A DNA stretch of 64,000 nt from a virus. The notes under the pieces are model-generated. The model saw only the letters and a program-made list of their open reading frames with translations, did not search any database and had not been told where the DNA came from. The translations under genes were made by a program, and so were the position numbers. The stretch covers positions 54,466 through 118,465 of the IMG/VR virus record IMGVR_UViG_3300014050_000004; one strand, 5' to 3'. Below are positions 53,215 through 61,784 of the stretch, piece by piece; within the stretch, counting starts at the first letter, position 1; every line of letters starts with the position of its first letter.

Positions 53215-53684
53215 TCGTGATCATACTCCAGAGTATCAAAACCTTCTCGAGTGGCGATCACCACTACATGGTCGCCAAAAATGGTCTGCAGAGTACTCTC
53301 CATGTTAGGAGACTCAAGAATGTTAGAAAAACCTTTGGTGAATTCTATGTCAAACTTCATTCCGTACTCCCTATTGAACTCTTTATCGAGCATCATCCAC
53401 GACTGGAAGCATAATACCTCTGGGTTAGACCCTTCGTAGCAAGAACCTTGTACATCAAGGATTTCCTCCATTTCGTCTGTGTTTAGAAACGTAACATCTC
53501 CCACAGAAAACTCACAAGTTTCCCCGTCGTTGAAGTACGGAGTGTACTGAGTCCAAGTGACTGCTTTCAAGAATGGGTTGCGGTCCCAGAACTCCTGAAA
53601 CAGGGACTTGAGAAGGGCCTGGGCCTGTTGGGTGTAATCGAGAGTGAGTTTTTCAAATAACTCGTTAAATTCTGAGAGTTTCAT
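53211..53684 (-). CDS. Hypothetical protein, paralog of 52414-52854
   Basis: FQEFWDRNPFLKAVTWTQYTPYFNDGETCEFSV...IFGDHVVVIATREGF. Confidence 0.75.
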   Translation of the reverse strand: MKLSEFNELFEKLTLDYTQQAQALLKSLFQEFWDRNPFLKAVTWTQYTPYFNDGETCEFSVGDVTFLNTDEMEEILDVQGSCYEGSNPEVLCFQSWMMLDKEFNREYGMKFDIEFTKGFSNILESPNMESTLQTIFGDHVVVIATREGFDTLEYDHE

Positions 53685-53705
53685 TTGTTTGCTAGGGTGT
53701 TGTAC

Positions 53706-53957
53706 TCAGTACGAGCCTTGTTGGGATTCCAAGGATTCTTGGCTGAGCAAAGGCTCTACAAGGTCTGGGCAAACTTCAAGGGCAAGCTCCCAGAGCTGAG
53801 GCCACTCGGTGCGAAGCAAGCGATTGTAACTATCAATCCACTCTTCGGTCCCACTCTCTGAGAAGTGGCTGGATATGCGAGAGGCGAATGCGACCTTGTC
53901 CTTGTCTGCCCAGTTATTCGGAATCAGTACCATCTGGGTGTCCTTGTGAAAGAGCAA
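53706..53957 (-). CDS. Hypothetical protein
   Basis: True start may be MVLIP at 53933. Confidence 0.5.
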   Translation of the reverse strand: MLFHKDTQMVLIPNNWADKDKVAFASRISSHFSESGTEEWIDSYNRLLRTEWPQLWELALEVCPDLVEPLLSQESLESQQGSY

Positions 53958-54093
53958 TGATCATTTTGGAAGCGTGGACACAGCCTTCTTGAGTGAAAGC
54001 GGAATTGACTAGGCAGCGGCCTGCCAAATCGTAAGAACTCCACTTGTTGTCTTCTCCCAGGACAACTGTGAAGGGTAGAGCGGGATCATTCAT
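53914..54093 (-). CDS. 59-aa hypothetical protein
   Basis: Below track cutoff: MNDPALPFTVVLGEDNKWSSYDLAGRCLVNSAF...; fills the gap. Confidence 0.5.
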   Translation of the reverse strand: MNDPALPFTVVLGEDNKWSSYDLAGRCLVNSAFTQEGCVHASKMIIALSQGHPDGTDSE

Positions 54094-54101
54094 GATTGTA
54101 T

Positions 54102-54503
54102 CTAGGAATGTCGGGAAATGACATGAACACAGGGAACACCTAGCTTTCCAACTTCTTTGCAGTTATCGGGCCTGTCGTCAAATAGAATGACATTGTTCCC
54201 GAATTCTCTCATGACTCGCTTAACTTGGTCAACCCTGACCATGAAATCAGGTCGAACATCCGTGTTATCTCGGAAGAGCAAAATATCCGGCCCGAGATTG
54301 TGGGTATTGAGCCACTCGAGAGTTCCAGCCCTCAGGTATTCCGGGCGGGCAGTTACGATAGCAAACCCTTGGGTTTTTGACATTGACTGAGCGATTCTCA
54401 AAATCGGCTCATTGGGCTTCAAAGTTGTGATTTCCCTTTCGTCTTCGAAAGATTGAGCAGTGAGCGTGTGATCAATGTCGAAGATATAAGTGATATGGTT
54501 CAT
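54102..54503 (-). CDS. HAD phosphatase (polynucleotide 3'-phosphatase-like)
   Basis: IFDIDHTL, IVTARP, TLEWL, FDDRP. Confidence 0.85.
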   Translation of the reverse strand: MNHITYIFDIDHTLTAQSFEDEREITTLKPNEPILRIAQSMSKTQGFAIVTARPEYLRAGTLEWLNTHNLGPDILLFRDNTDVRPDFMVRVDQVKRVMREFGNNVILFDDRPDNCKEVGKLGVPCVHVISRHS

Positions 54504-54547
54504 GCAGGTTTTTTACTGGGGGTGGCTTAGTATAAAGTTGAGGAAGC

Positions 54548-54682
54548 CTAGCTCACTGCCAGGGACTGCAGGAAACGAGACCTCCTCTTTTTGGCATTTC
54601 TCACTGCCTGGGGCTTTTTCTTCCCCTTCAACTTTCTGCCCTTGTCTCTCGGGCCAAGTTTCGAGCGAACAGAGCTTTCCAT
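54548..54682 (-). CDS. 44-aa highly basic peptide
   Basis: MESSVRSKLGPRDKGRKLKGKKKPQAVRNAKKRRSRFLQSLAVS; ATG 6 nt after a -10 box. Confidence 0.65.
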   Translation of the reverse strand: MESSVRSKLGPRDKGRKLKGKKKPQAVRNAKKRRSRFLQSLAVS

Positions 54683-54688
54683 AACTCT

Positions 54689-54731
54689 ATTTTAGTTCAA
54701 GCGGAGGTGGGAGTAAAGGTCGGTTTACCGA
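54689..54731 (-). promoter_or_regulatory. Palindrome-linked sigma70-type promoter, leaderless
   Basis: TCGGTAAACCGA-C-CTTTAC-N18-TAAAAT-N6-ATG. Confidence 0.78.
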
Positions 54732-54733
54732 AC

Positions 54734-54943
54734 TCACCTTCCAATCAAACCTACTAAGTTAATCACCGAACTAATGAGGATCAGGAGAATCACATCGTAG
54801 TCTCTGTGCTTCACAAAGTAAGGAAGATTGATTATGCTGCAGAAGAGTATAACGCACAGACCAGCTTCCTTGGAGACAAACAACAACAAGTACTGTCCGA
54901 ATATAACCCCAATGTTTCCGAATATTCTAAGACTTTTTAGCAT
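54734..54943 (-). CDS. Small membrane protein
   Basis: Three hydrophobic segments. Confidence 0.6.
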   Translation of the reverse strand: MLKSLRIFGNIGVIFGQYLLLFVSKEAGLCVILFCSIINLPYFVKHRDYDVILLILISSVINLVGLIGR

Positions 54944-55085
54944 CTTTACCCATGAAAGTTAGCCCGAGCATGATCAATGCGAAACCCCAATCAAATCTAG
55001 GGTCATAGCTTTCGTACATTGAAACCCCTAGAATCCCTAGAGATGCGGATAGTATGGCGGAGATCAAAGCATAAGTGTTAATCAT
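54927..55085 (-). CDS. Small membrane protein
   Basis: MINTYALISAILSASLGILGV...WGFALIMLGLTF; start moved to 55085. Confidence 0.55.
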   Translation of the reverse strand: MINTYALISAILSASLGILGVSMYESYDPRFDWGFALIMLGLTFMGKDAKKS

Positions 55086-55212
55086 GAGTAACCTCACTGT
55101 ATAGTATCTCTCCCCACTGTCTCGCCTTATCCAAGGACTTTTTGCCCCAAGGTAAGACATGCCATCTGACCTTCTTGTCTTTGTGTAAGATCAGCAACAG
55201 AAGCTTTTTCAC
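55078..55212 (-). CDS. 44-aa hypothetical protein
   Basis: GTG start 22 nt after GGGTAAA (55235-55241). Confidence 0.45.
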   Translation of the reverse strand: MKKLLLLILHKDKKVRWHVLPWGKKSLDKARQWGEILYSEVTHD

Positions 55213-55235
55213 ACGGAATTGTTCTCTGGTTGAGT

Positions 55236-56132
55236 TTACCCCGTGGCCCCCAAAGTTGCACAAATTTTCTTGAATCGGCTCTCTTTGAGGAAGGACCGAA
55301 ATTCAAGTTGTGTGAAGATCGAGGAGACAGTTGAAGACTTCGGAGGGGAGGAAGCGAACCATCGCGCATCTGGAATGTTCGTCTCAAGAGTTACCAATTT
55401 AAGATTGTTAAGGAAGACTGAGAACCTCTCTGAAGACTTTTTGAGAATCTCTGGGTGGGAAATGATCCTGTCAACTAAGCTCCATTCTGGGTTCACCGTG
55501 CTGTTTTTACTCTCGTTAATAATTTTAACAGCCGTTTTCGGGCCAATTCCTTTGATGCCTTGAACGTTATCCGACGAATCCCCGGCGAGTGCCTTGAAGA
55601 ACTTGACTTCTTCAGGTCCCACACCGAAGTGATTTACCACCTCCTCTTCACCAATGATTTCAACCTTCTTAGCTGAGTTGAAAAGGATGATCTTAACTTT
55701 GTTGTTGACAAGCTGGAAGAGATCTCGATCACAGGTGAGGATGAAAATCTCCGAGTAAGCAGGACTGTTCTGACAGATATGTCCAATTACATCATCTGCC
55801 TCATATCCCCCAATTCCGATGGGAGTGAATCCCAGCTCCGGCAAGACTTCCCGAATAAGAAGGCTCATATCCGTCGCGTGAGCAAGGTCAGGAGCACTTC
55901 GGTTCGCCTTGTAGCTCTCTGATTCCTGCTTTCTCCAGTTACCACCTTTGTCGTATACTGGGATAACACAGTCAAAGTTGTGTTTGTCCATAAGGGAAAA
56001 CAGAGCGTTGAGAAACCCGTAAGTCCCCGTCACCGGCATTCCGTAGGAAGTAGTCATCTCTCCTGCCGCCCTTAGAAGGGCAGACCTCGACCTGTGGAAC
56101 AGAGCGTTGCTATCAATCAGAAGAAGCTTCAT
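55236..56132 (-). CDS. 5'-3' exonuclease/flap endonuclease (PolI N-domain, T4 RNase H-like)
   Basis: LLIDSNALFHRS, YKANR, GYEADDVIG, TCDRDLFQL, ALAGDSSDNVQGIKGIGPKTA. Confidence 0.93.
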   Translation of the reverse strand: MKLLLIDSNALFHRSRSALLRAAGEMTTSYGMPVTGTYGFLNALFSLMDKHNFDCVIPVYDKGGNWRKQESESYKANRSAPDLAHATDMSLLIREVLPELGFTPIGIGGYEADDVIGHICQNSPAYSEIFILTCDRDLFQLVNNKVKIILFNSAKKVEIIGEEEVVNHFGVGPEEVKFFKALAGDSSDNVQGIKGIGPKTAVKIINESKNSTVNPEWSLVDRIISHPEILKKSSERFSVFLNNLKLVTLETNIPDARWFASSPPKSSTVSSIFTQLEFRSFLKESRFKKICATLGATG

Positions 56133-56848
56133 TTCTCAGAGAATTGGACGTAGTAGTTTTGAGTGACATTGTAAGCAGTCAGCTTTCCGCCGCGACTGAA
56201 AAAAGCTGCCGTGTCAAGGTTCACCCTATCCGGATGAATGTCGGGTTTGAAGCTCTTTTGGGGAGTGTGACCATGAAACACCCGCTTCAGGTTTGGATTC
56301 CACTTTTGAAAGTCAGGGCCGTGTTCAAGAAAAACCCCCCTTATCCATAGAAGGTTGTTTGCCTGCCCTGCAATAACACTGTCTCTCGGGTCATGTCCGG
56401 GGTAGATGCCAGCATGGATGAACATGTTCTCTCCAATTACCATGTATACGGGTAACTGCTTCATCCAATCAAGGAACTGGAGCATTTCCTCATAAGCCTC
56501 ACCGTTGCCCCCATTTTTCCGCCAAATGTTGTAACTTTCCGACCACATGTTATTGTATTCTCTCACAGCGTCTATGAACATGGCTTCATGGTTGCCTTTG
56601 AGAGCGTAAAAACTTTGAAGTCCGAATCTCTCAGGATCCTGACACCTGAGGTAGCAGGATTCTAGAACTGGGATGTCGTCCCCCCCTCTGTCTATCATGT
56701 CGCCGAGGATCACAACTGTCGCCTCTGAACCGTCAACCCATTCCAGAAATTGCCGGAATGGGCCCCATGTAGCGTGGATGTCACCAACGGCTATAACATC
56801 GCCTTTGTTGATTGTGTTTTTCATGTGTTCTGATATGATCTTAGTCAC
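56129..56848 (-). CDS. Ser/Thr phosphatase-type metallophosphoesterase
   Basis: GDIH, LGDMIDRG, KGNHE, HAGI, LWIR, HGHTP, LDTAA. Confidence 0.92.
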   Translation of the reverse strand: MTKIISEHMKNTINKGDVIAVGDIHATWGPFRQFLEWVDGSEATVVILGDMIDRGGDDIPVLESCYLRCQDPERFGLQSFYALKGNHEAMFIDAVREYNNMWSESYNIWRKNGGNGEAYEEMLQFLDWMKQLPVYMVIGENMFIHAGIYPGHDPRDSVIAGQANNLLWIRGVFLEHGPDFQKWNPNLKRVFHGHTPQKSFKPDIHPDRVNLDTAAFFSRGGKLTAYNVTQNYYVQFSEK

Positions 56849-56994
56849 CTTGTTGCCTCCTCATTCTTGACTGCATCCGCAATACTGCGGAGCGCAATTC
56901 CTTGTTCGTTGATTCAAGCATCTGCAGCAATTCTCTTTCTCTTGGTACGGGATTGGGTATTGAATCACTTTGATGTCAGAGGGGCAAGTCAGTC

Positions 56995-57447
56995 TCAGGA
57001 AAAGACCAAGACTTCCGAAAAACCTTCGCTGTGTATCCCGGGGAGAGAAGCCTGGAGCTTTGTGTGCATACGCTCAATAACCTCATAGGGAACTTTACGT
57101 TCCCTTTCGGAATTCTGTTGGAGACAGACTTCCAGGGGTTGATTGATTACAACAGCTGTAACTTCCTTGTAACCGAAAGACCCGAGCATTATTCTTGCTG
57201 TCTTTCTGTATTTTGCCAGATAGTGGGTCCCATCCATGACAATAGTCTTGCCTTTATTTTCAGATATCAACTCTTTCATCCTCTTTTCGATGTCCAAGTA
57301 GACACCCTGAATGTCTGCGTCCCCATACAGTTCCTCTCTGATGTTGTCACCAGATACCACAACAAGGTCAGGGAACTGCTCTTTCAGGTGAGACACGTAG
57401 GTGGACTTCCCAGATCCTGGAGCTCCCACCATGACAAAAGCTTTCAT
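56995..57447 (-). CDS. Polynucleotide kinase-like P-loop protein (AAA_33)
   Basis: MVGAPGSGKST, SGDNIR, MDGTH...YR, CLQQNSERERKVP. Confidence 0.85.
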   Translation of the reverse strand: MKAFVMVGAPGSGKSTYVSHLKEQFPDLVVVSGDNIREELYGDADIQGVYLDIEKRMKELISENKGKTIVMDGTHYLAKYRKTARIMLGSFGYKEVTAVVINQPLEVCLQQNSERERKVPYEVIERMHTKLQASLPGIHSEGFSEVLVFS

Positions 57448-57453
57448 AGTTTA

Positions 57454-57496
57454 ATTATAGACCGGTTTCGTTGAAAAGGCAAGTTCGGATTACCGA
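57454..57496 (-). promoter_or_regulatory. Palindrome-linked sigma70-type promoter, leaderless
   Basis: TCGGTAATCCGA-A-CTTGCC-N18-TATAAT-N6-ATG. Confidence 0.78.
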
Positions 57497-57714
57497 CTCT
57501 TGGTGGATTGAAGCCAGAAGCGGTATTCGTCAAACCACTCCTGCAAAGGGTCCTCGTTGATTACATCTCCGTCCCGCAACAAATATAATTCCACCACCTT
57601 GGCAATTTCTTGGAACTCTAGTTCATCCCAAGGCAAAGTTGTATGAATCTTGAGGCCAGGGTGTTTCTGAAGGATCTTGTGTAGTTTCTTTTGTATGGTT
57701 ACAAGTTTTGACAC
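57490..57714 (-). CDS. Hypothetical protein
   Basis: GTG start inside the upstream gene. Confidence 0.5.
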   Translation of the reverse strand: MSKLVTIQKKLHKILQKHPGLKIHTTLPWDELEFQEIAKVVELYLLRDGDVINEDPLQEWFDEYRFWLQSTKSR

Positions 57715-58216
57715 CGTTGAGTTCCTCCTGGACTAATTGGGTTGCTAAACGTGCACAATAATCTCTTTTATAGTACTCGCGAAAAGAACTAAATCCCTCT
57801 TGAATGTAAGACTCCCTCAAGCTGGTACTTGAGCAGATTCTCTCGTTCAAGTGGAAGTCTAAGCCGAAGGCTTCTGACATTTCTTCCGCAAGAAGAACCT
57901 GGTCTTCTCCCCATACCAGTAAAACCTTCTCTTCGGAGCCTTTGTTAAGGCAGTTGTGGAGAAAAGACAAAGGAGACTTGAACTTAGAAAAACATACCCT
58001 GCCCAGATCTACCCCCTCTTGCCTCAGCAGCACCCGAAACAGCAAGACTCTCAAATCCCAACTGTTGTTCCTGTACCCACTGGATACACAGATGTTACAA
58101 GATTGAGACCTGAGAAGCATCTCTTTCACAAGGTGCACATGTCCGTAATGCGGTATGTTGAACCTTCCGAAGGTTAGAGATCTGTCGTACAAAACCCCAT
58201 TCTCAGTGCCAGCCAT
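57623..58216 (-). CDS. HxGH nucleotidyltransferase (cytidylyltransferase/NMNAT-like)
   Basis: TFGRFNIPHYGH, WGEDQ, SSTSLR. Confidence 0.75.
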   Translation of the reverse strand: MAGTENGVLYDRSLTFGRFNIPHYGHVHLVKEMLLRSQSCNICVSSGYRNNSWDLRVLLFRVLLRQEGVDLGRVCFSKFKSPLSFLHNCLNKGSEEKVLLVWGEDQVLLAEEMSEAFGLDFHLNERICSSTSLRESYIQEGFSSFREYYKRDYCARLATQLVQEELNGVKTCNHTKETTQDPSETPWPQDSYNFALG

Positions 58217-58397
58217 AGCGATCAATATTTTTGAGTACCACATCGCTTGCCATGAGACAAGTGAGAAGTTCAGATTCAGCTCGGGCTCTGTCAGTGCGGA
58301 GGTACAGAAGATGCCGCTGGAAAGAGCATACGAGGATGTTGTTGTATATCTTGATGAGGCTCAAAGCCGAAGAGTCACTCTTCTTCATAAGTGACAT
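58203..58397 (-). CDS. Hypothetical protein
   Basis: Fills the gap; start moved from the track. Confidence 0.4.
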   Translation of the reverse strand: MSLMKKSDSSALSLIKIYNNILVCSFQRHLLYLRTDRARAESELLTCLMASDVVLKNIDRYGWH

Positions 58398-58581
58398 TTT
58401 GTTCAATGAGGTCGAAGAAACCGTTTTCCTCCAGGGCATTCACAAGGTCTTCGTCTGACAGAGCTTCAACGGTCTGTTGGAGCAACTGAGAGTACACTCT
58501 GATGATTTCGCTCACAGGTACAGTGTTGATCGTTCTAGTTACAATAGCACTAACGATCTCAGGCTTGTTTTGGATTTGCAT
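58375..58581 (-). CDS. Hypothetical acidic protein
   Basis: Follows the tRNA on the coding strand. Confidence 0.6.
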   Translation of the reverse strand: MQIQNKPEIVSAIVTRTINTVPVSEIIRVYSQLLQQTVEALSDEDLVNALEENGFFDLIEQNVTYEEE

Positions 58582-58599
58582 GTTGTGTAGGGGATAGAG

Positions 58600-58672
58600 T
58601 GCTCGTCGAGGGGATCGAACCCACCTTGGACGAATTATGAGTTCGTTGCATTCACCAGATTGCTAGACGAGC
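58600..58672 (-). tRNA. tRNA with CAT anticodon (Ile2 or elongator Met)
   Basis: Acceptor GCTCGTC/GACGAGC-A; anticodon arm ACGAA-CTCATAA-TTCGT; T-loop GTTCGATCC. No CCA encoded; lacks initiator features. Confidence 0.9.
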
Positions 58673-58701
58673 GTATGCACCTAGCTTCAGGTGCACAGTC
58701 A

Positions 58702-58860
58702 TCACATGGATTTATTGGCCTCAGCCAGGTCAAACTTGGAAAGAGCTGCCAATACATCCGCAGACGTTTCCGCTGCACTCAGATCAAGAAGCAACTGAGC
58801 TCCTGTGGGACTCTTCTCTGAGAGACGGGATGCTTTGGTAAGAAGGGAAATGTTCGCCAT
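58702..58860 (-). CDS. 52-aa hypothetical protein between the tRNAs
   Basis: MANISLLTKASRLSEKSPTGAQLLLDLSAAETSADVLAALSKFDLAEANKSM, followed by hairpin GCACCT-GAAGCT-AGGTGC. Confidence 0.6.
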   Translation of the reverse strand: MANISLLTKASRLSEKSPTGAQLLLDLSAAETSADVLAALSKFDLAEANKSM

Positions 58861-58891
58861 GTTATGTGGGGTTGAAAAGGCAATTAGCCTA

Positions 58892-58964
58892 CGACCTCTG
58901 TTGGATTCGAACCAACGACCGACTGCTTAGAAGGCAGTTGCTCTATCCTCTGAGCTAAGAGGCC
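58892..58964 (-). tRNA. tRNA-Arg(TCT)
   Basis: GGCCTCT/AGAGGTC acceptor, GCTC/GAGC D-stem, ACTGC-CTTCTAA-GCAGT, GTTGG-TTCGAAT-CCAAC; no CCA. Confidence 0.95.
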
Positions 58965-58974
58965 TCACTGTCAC

Positions 58975-59016
58975 AGTATAGGGGGCACTGCAACGAGGTA
59001 AAGTTCGGGATACCGC
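58975..59016 (-). promoter_or_regulatory. Palindrome-linked sigma70-type promoter for the tRNA operon
   Basis: GCGGTATCCCGA-A-CTTTAC-N17-TATACT, 10 nt before tRNA-Arg. Confidence 0.75.
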
Positions 59017-59017
59017 C

Positions 59018-59299
59018 TCAAGAGGACTGCATAATTCTGTAAGAGCCTTTGATCCTGCCCTTTAGGACTCGGTCAACAGCTTCCATCTCTCTCTTTTTCT
59101 TGGAAGCTCTTTCCTGATCTTCAAGGGAATTCCAGAAAATGAGCATCTCCACAAGATCTCTGGATACTCTCGTTACCGACTTACCAATGTACCCTGGCTG
59201 TCTTTCTAACCAGGGGGTCCAAGTTTCAGCATCTTCTGTCATGAAGTCTTTAACTTCGGAAGCCGGTGAAACGTGGAATAGCAGTCTTTCAGTCTTCAT
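59018..59299 (-). CDS. TIGR03792-like (cyanobacterial ABM-fold) protein
   Basis: ERLLFHV...DFMTEDAETWTPWLERQPGYIGK...MLIFWNS. Confidence 0.65.
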   Translation of the reverse strand: MKTERLLFHVSPASEVKDFMTEDAETWTPWLERQPGYIGKSVTRVSRDLVEMLIFWNSLEDQERASKKKREMEAVDRVLKGRIKGSYRIMQSS

Positions 59300-59549
59300 T
59301 GTGTTCTTCCCATTTGTCTAAGGGGCACCTAACATTTGCAAAGGAAGTTTTTATGCTCATAATGCAGAGGCAAATTTCGCATTGGTCCGTGTCTCCCAGG
59401 TAATGATCGCAAGCTTCGCACGTCGATAATCGCTCTTGCCTCACAATTCTGGGGCAAAGCTTCGGGTTGCTCAAAACTTTCTTAGCACTGTCAAGAAGAG
59501 AAGCTCCGAAACTTCTCCTACAACAATCTTTTTCCATGTTTTCTTTCAA
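59289..59549 (-). CDS. Cys-rich small protein (DUF6171-like)
   Basis: RLSTCEACDHY...CEICLCIMSIKT...CPLDKW. Confidence 0.7.
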   Translation of the reverse strand: MKENMEKDCCRRSFGASLLDSAKKVLSNPKLCPRIVRQERLSTCEACDHYLGDTDQCEICLCIMSIKTSFANVRCPLDKWEEHNED

Positions 59550-59797
59550 CCAGAAACGGACTGTATGCGTTTATTAAGGACACCCATTAACCCATCAAAG
59601 TTCCAACCGTATCCGCACCAAACACCTTCTTTTGAGATAGTTACGCTTTCAGTTACACCTGTTCTACCGAAAACGTCGTCAAAGTAGATTATAAAATCCC
59701 CTTTGAACGAGACTACTTCGGGACTTACGCCCAGTGTTTGAAGTTTCGCTAAAAGCTCAAGGACTTGTGTTGTTGTGATAGTCATCAGGGATCTCAC
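59546..59797 (-). CDS. Hypothetical protein
   Basis: Operonic overlaps. Confidence 0.55.
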   Translation of the reverse strand: MRSLMTITTTQVLELLAKLQTLGVSPEVVSFKGDFIIYFDDVFGRTGVTESVTISKEGVWCGYGWNFDGLMGVLNKRIQSVSG

Positions 59798-60624
59798 CCT
59801 GCAGAAGCAAGTTCTAGAGCAACTTTCATGGCCCTGTCATTCACAGCTTTACCCTGACCAAAATTGGCGTAGTTGAACCGGCCCGAAACTGTTTTGCGGC
59901 TGAAGTTCGAAGAGTAGTCCGTAATCGCGTTGAAGGCGTCATACATGGTTGACCCTTGGTTGCCCTCTCCGTTACGGAACAGCTCTTCCAGCTTATTTGC
60001 GAACCGAATTTGCTCGTACCTTTTGTTATAAACGGTGCTCACAAATTCTTGGAATTTGGCCATGGAGCAACTTTCCCGGTCAAGCTTTTCTGCTTTCTCT
60101 CTATACCTGGACATGTTGGACTCAACGTATTCAATCACGGCCTTGGTTTCGAGGATCCGGTCATTGACTCCTTGGGAGTGCCTAAAGCGTTCCGCCATGC
60201 GTGAGTAAGCCATGGAGAAGGTGTTGCCACAACACACTCGGATCACGGAAGGTCCGATTGCAACAGAAGTGTTGCCAGTGTGCCCATTGAGAAGTGTAAT
60301 GTAGGAGTTGTAGTTGAATCCGTTGACCTGAAACACTTTGTTCACTTTGCCTTGGATGAACACCTTGGATCCATTATTCAGATAGCCCATGTTCTCAACT
60401 ACAAGCACCTCTTCTTCAACGAGGGGTTGGATCAGAGATTTGAGAGCTTCGTTTTGCACAGTTTCGTAGTCTTCGGAAACTGTGCCAAGGGGAAATTCAT
60501 TGTCTGCCCTTACCACCGCAACTCGATTCTCGAAACGGACCAGATTCCCCTCTTTGTCTGGGAAATAGAGGGGCCGATGTTCAACCATCCAGGAGAGGTC
60601 GTCTTGATGGGAAAAGGAGGGCAT
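59794..60624 (-). CDS. DUF932/DUF945 (TIGR03299-like) protein
   Basis: VRADNEFPLGTVSEDYETVQN...GYLNNGSKVF...LLNGHTG...RVCCGNT...RHS...STMYDAFNAITDY; start moved to MPSF. Confidence 0.88.
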   Translation of the reverse strand: MPSFSHQDDLSWMVEHRPLYFPDKEGNLVRFENRVAVVRADNEFPLGTVSEDYETVQNEALKSLIQPLVEEEVLVVENMGYLNNGSKVFIQGKVNKVFQVNGFNYNSYITLLNGHTGNTSVAIGPSVIRVCCGNTFSMAYSRMAERFRHSQGVNDRILETKAVIEYVESNMSRYREKAEKLDRESCSMAKFQEFVSTVYNKRYEQIRFANKLEELFRNGEGNQGSTMYDAFNAITDYSSNFSRKTVSGRFNYANFGQGKAVNDRAMKVALELASAG

Positions 60625-60656
60625 TGTTGTTTTGAAGGAGTTGTTTCTATGTAAGT

Positions 60657-60699
60657 AGTATAGCTGGGACATGGGAGGAGGTAAAGATCGGTTTACCGC
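60657..60699 (-). promoter_or_regulatory. Palindrome-linked sigma70-type promoter
   Basis: GCGGTAAACCGA-T-CTTTAC-N18-TATACT. Confidence 0.78.
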
Positions 60700-60711
60700 C
60701 CCTTAGCCGAA

Positions 60712-61026
60712 TCAGTCTCGGGTCATGTGGTCGTTTTCGTTAGGCTTCAACCATTCTGCAAGTTCGACGGGGTCTTGAGGTCCGATCAGATGTTGAGAAG
60801 GCTCAATTTCCCCTAGATCCAGTGCTTGGAGAAAGCCATCTAGGGAGTCCTCATGGGCTTTGCCTTGCCTTTGGATGCGTTGAGCTTTGGAAATAATGGA
60901 AGAAGCACTCCTGTTGGCCTTTGCCCACTTGGAAGCCCAGATTCTCTCTTCCAGGGAAACTGCCTGGCCAGTGGTCATCTTGTTGGCAATTTCCTGAAGC
61001 CTCAGCCTTACAGAAGTGGAAAGCAT
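60712..61026 (-). CDS. Conserved cyanophage-type hypothetical protein
   Basis: MLSTSVRLRLQEI...VSLEERIWASKWAKAN...SLDGFLQALDLG, a pattern I recall from cyanophage/cyanobacterial proteins. Confidence 0.65.
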   Translation of the reverse strand: MLSTSVRLRLQEIANKMTTGQAVSLEERIWASKWAKANRSASSIISKAQRIQRQGKAHEDSLDGFLQALDLGEIEPSQHLIGPQDPVELAEWLKPNENDHMTRD

Positions 61027-61052
61027 CGTGTTTCTCTCAATGTTTTGGTTAA

Positions 61053-61059
61053 CTTACCC
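61053..61059 (-). promoter_or_regulatory. GGGTAWR putative late-promoter element
   Basis: GGGTAAG, 26 nt upstream of ATG 61026. Confidence 0.45.
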
Positions 61060-61064
61060 TGTTT

Positions 61065-61778
61065 TCAAGTGAACTTCAGGAGACGGGCACTCTCCACTTC
61101 CCATAGGCAGAGGAAGTTGTCTTGGGAATTTTCCTCTTGTTCCTCGGAGCCTCCCATGTTGCCGTCTAGAACTAGATTGTTCTCAGAAATGTGAACGGTA
61201 TGGTAATGCCCAGCAACCCGAACCCACTGTCGGTCAGAAGGTCGTTCCCACCAGAATATCCTGTTTTCAGCATCTCTGGGTCCGTAGAGCATGTAATCCC
61301 TGGCTCTCCTGGAAACATCCATAACCTTGTAGACGTCCGTGGAGCCAACAGAGGGCACGTGTACCCAGGAAGGGAACATGGCATGAGCACACCTGTATTC
61401 TTTGCCGCTAGAGCTCTTGAATGCAATGCCGTAAGGGAAGGTGTTTAGCCATTCGTAAACTTCATCAGTGGAAACTTTGCTCTCCTTGAAGTCTCGAAGG
61501 GTCTTTGAAAAGGATCCTTCGATTCGAACATTGTTCCCTCTGGCAAACCTTTCAAACTTGTTTTGGTGATTTGAGCGCAGTACAATGGCATTGAGGTCTT
61601 TTTGGCTCTCTTTCACCAACTTGTATACGCCCGCAGAATCCGAAGCTTCAACTCGACTGTCGAAAAGATCTCCCAGAAACACAGGCGTGAGTTTGCGAGA
61701 GTGACAGTGGTTGATAGCTTTTTCAAGGGGAACCGACTGAGAATGGATGTCCCCGATAAAAGCATAATCGCGTGTCAT
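61065..61778 (-). CDS. Metallophosphoesterase (Pnkp/ApaH-like)
   Basis: Start moved to MTRDYAFIGDIH; LGDLFD, SNHQ, CAHA, AGHYH, LDG. Confidence 0.85.
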   Translation of the reverse strand: MTRDYAFIGDIHSQSVPLEKAINHCHSRKLTPVFLGDLFDSRVEASDSAGVYKLVKESQKDLNAIVLRSNHQNKFERFARGNNVRIEGSFSKTLRDFKESKVSTDEVYEWLNTFPYGIAFKSSSGKEYRCAHAMFPSWVHVPSVGSTDVYKVMDVSRRARDYMLYGPRDAENRIFWWERPSDRQWVRVAGHYHTVHISENNLVLDGNMGGSEEQEENSQDNFLCLWEVESARLLKFT

Positions 61779-61784
61779 GTATTT

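Noticed and set aside
56840-56990. Small ORFs (a 35-aa Cys-rich one or a basic one) between the kinase and phosphatase genes
   Set aside because: Two competing frames with no discriminating evidence
58600-58672. Initiator tRNA-fMet
   Set aside because: It has a G1-C72 pair and lacks the three G-C pairs in the anticodon stem
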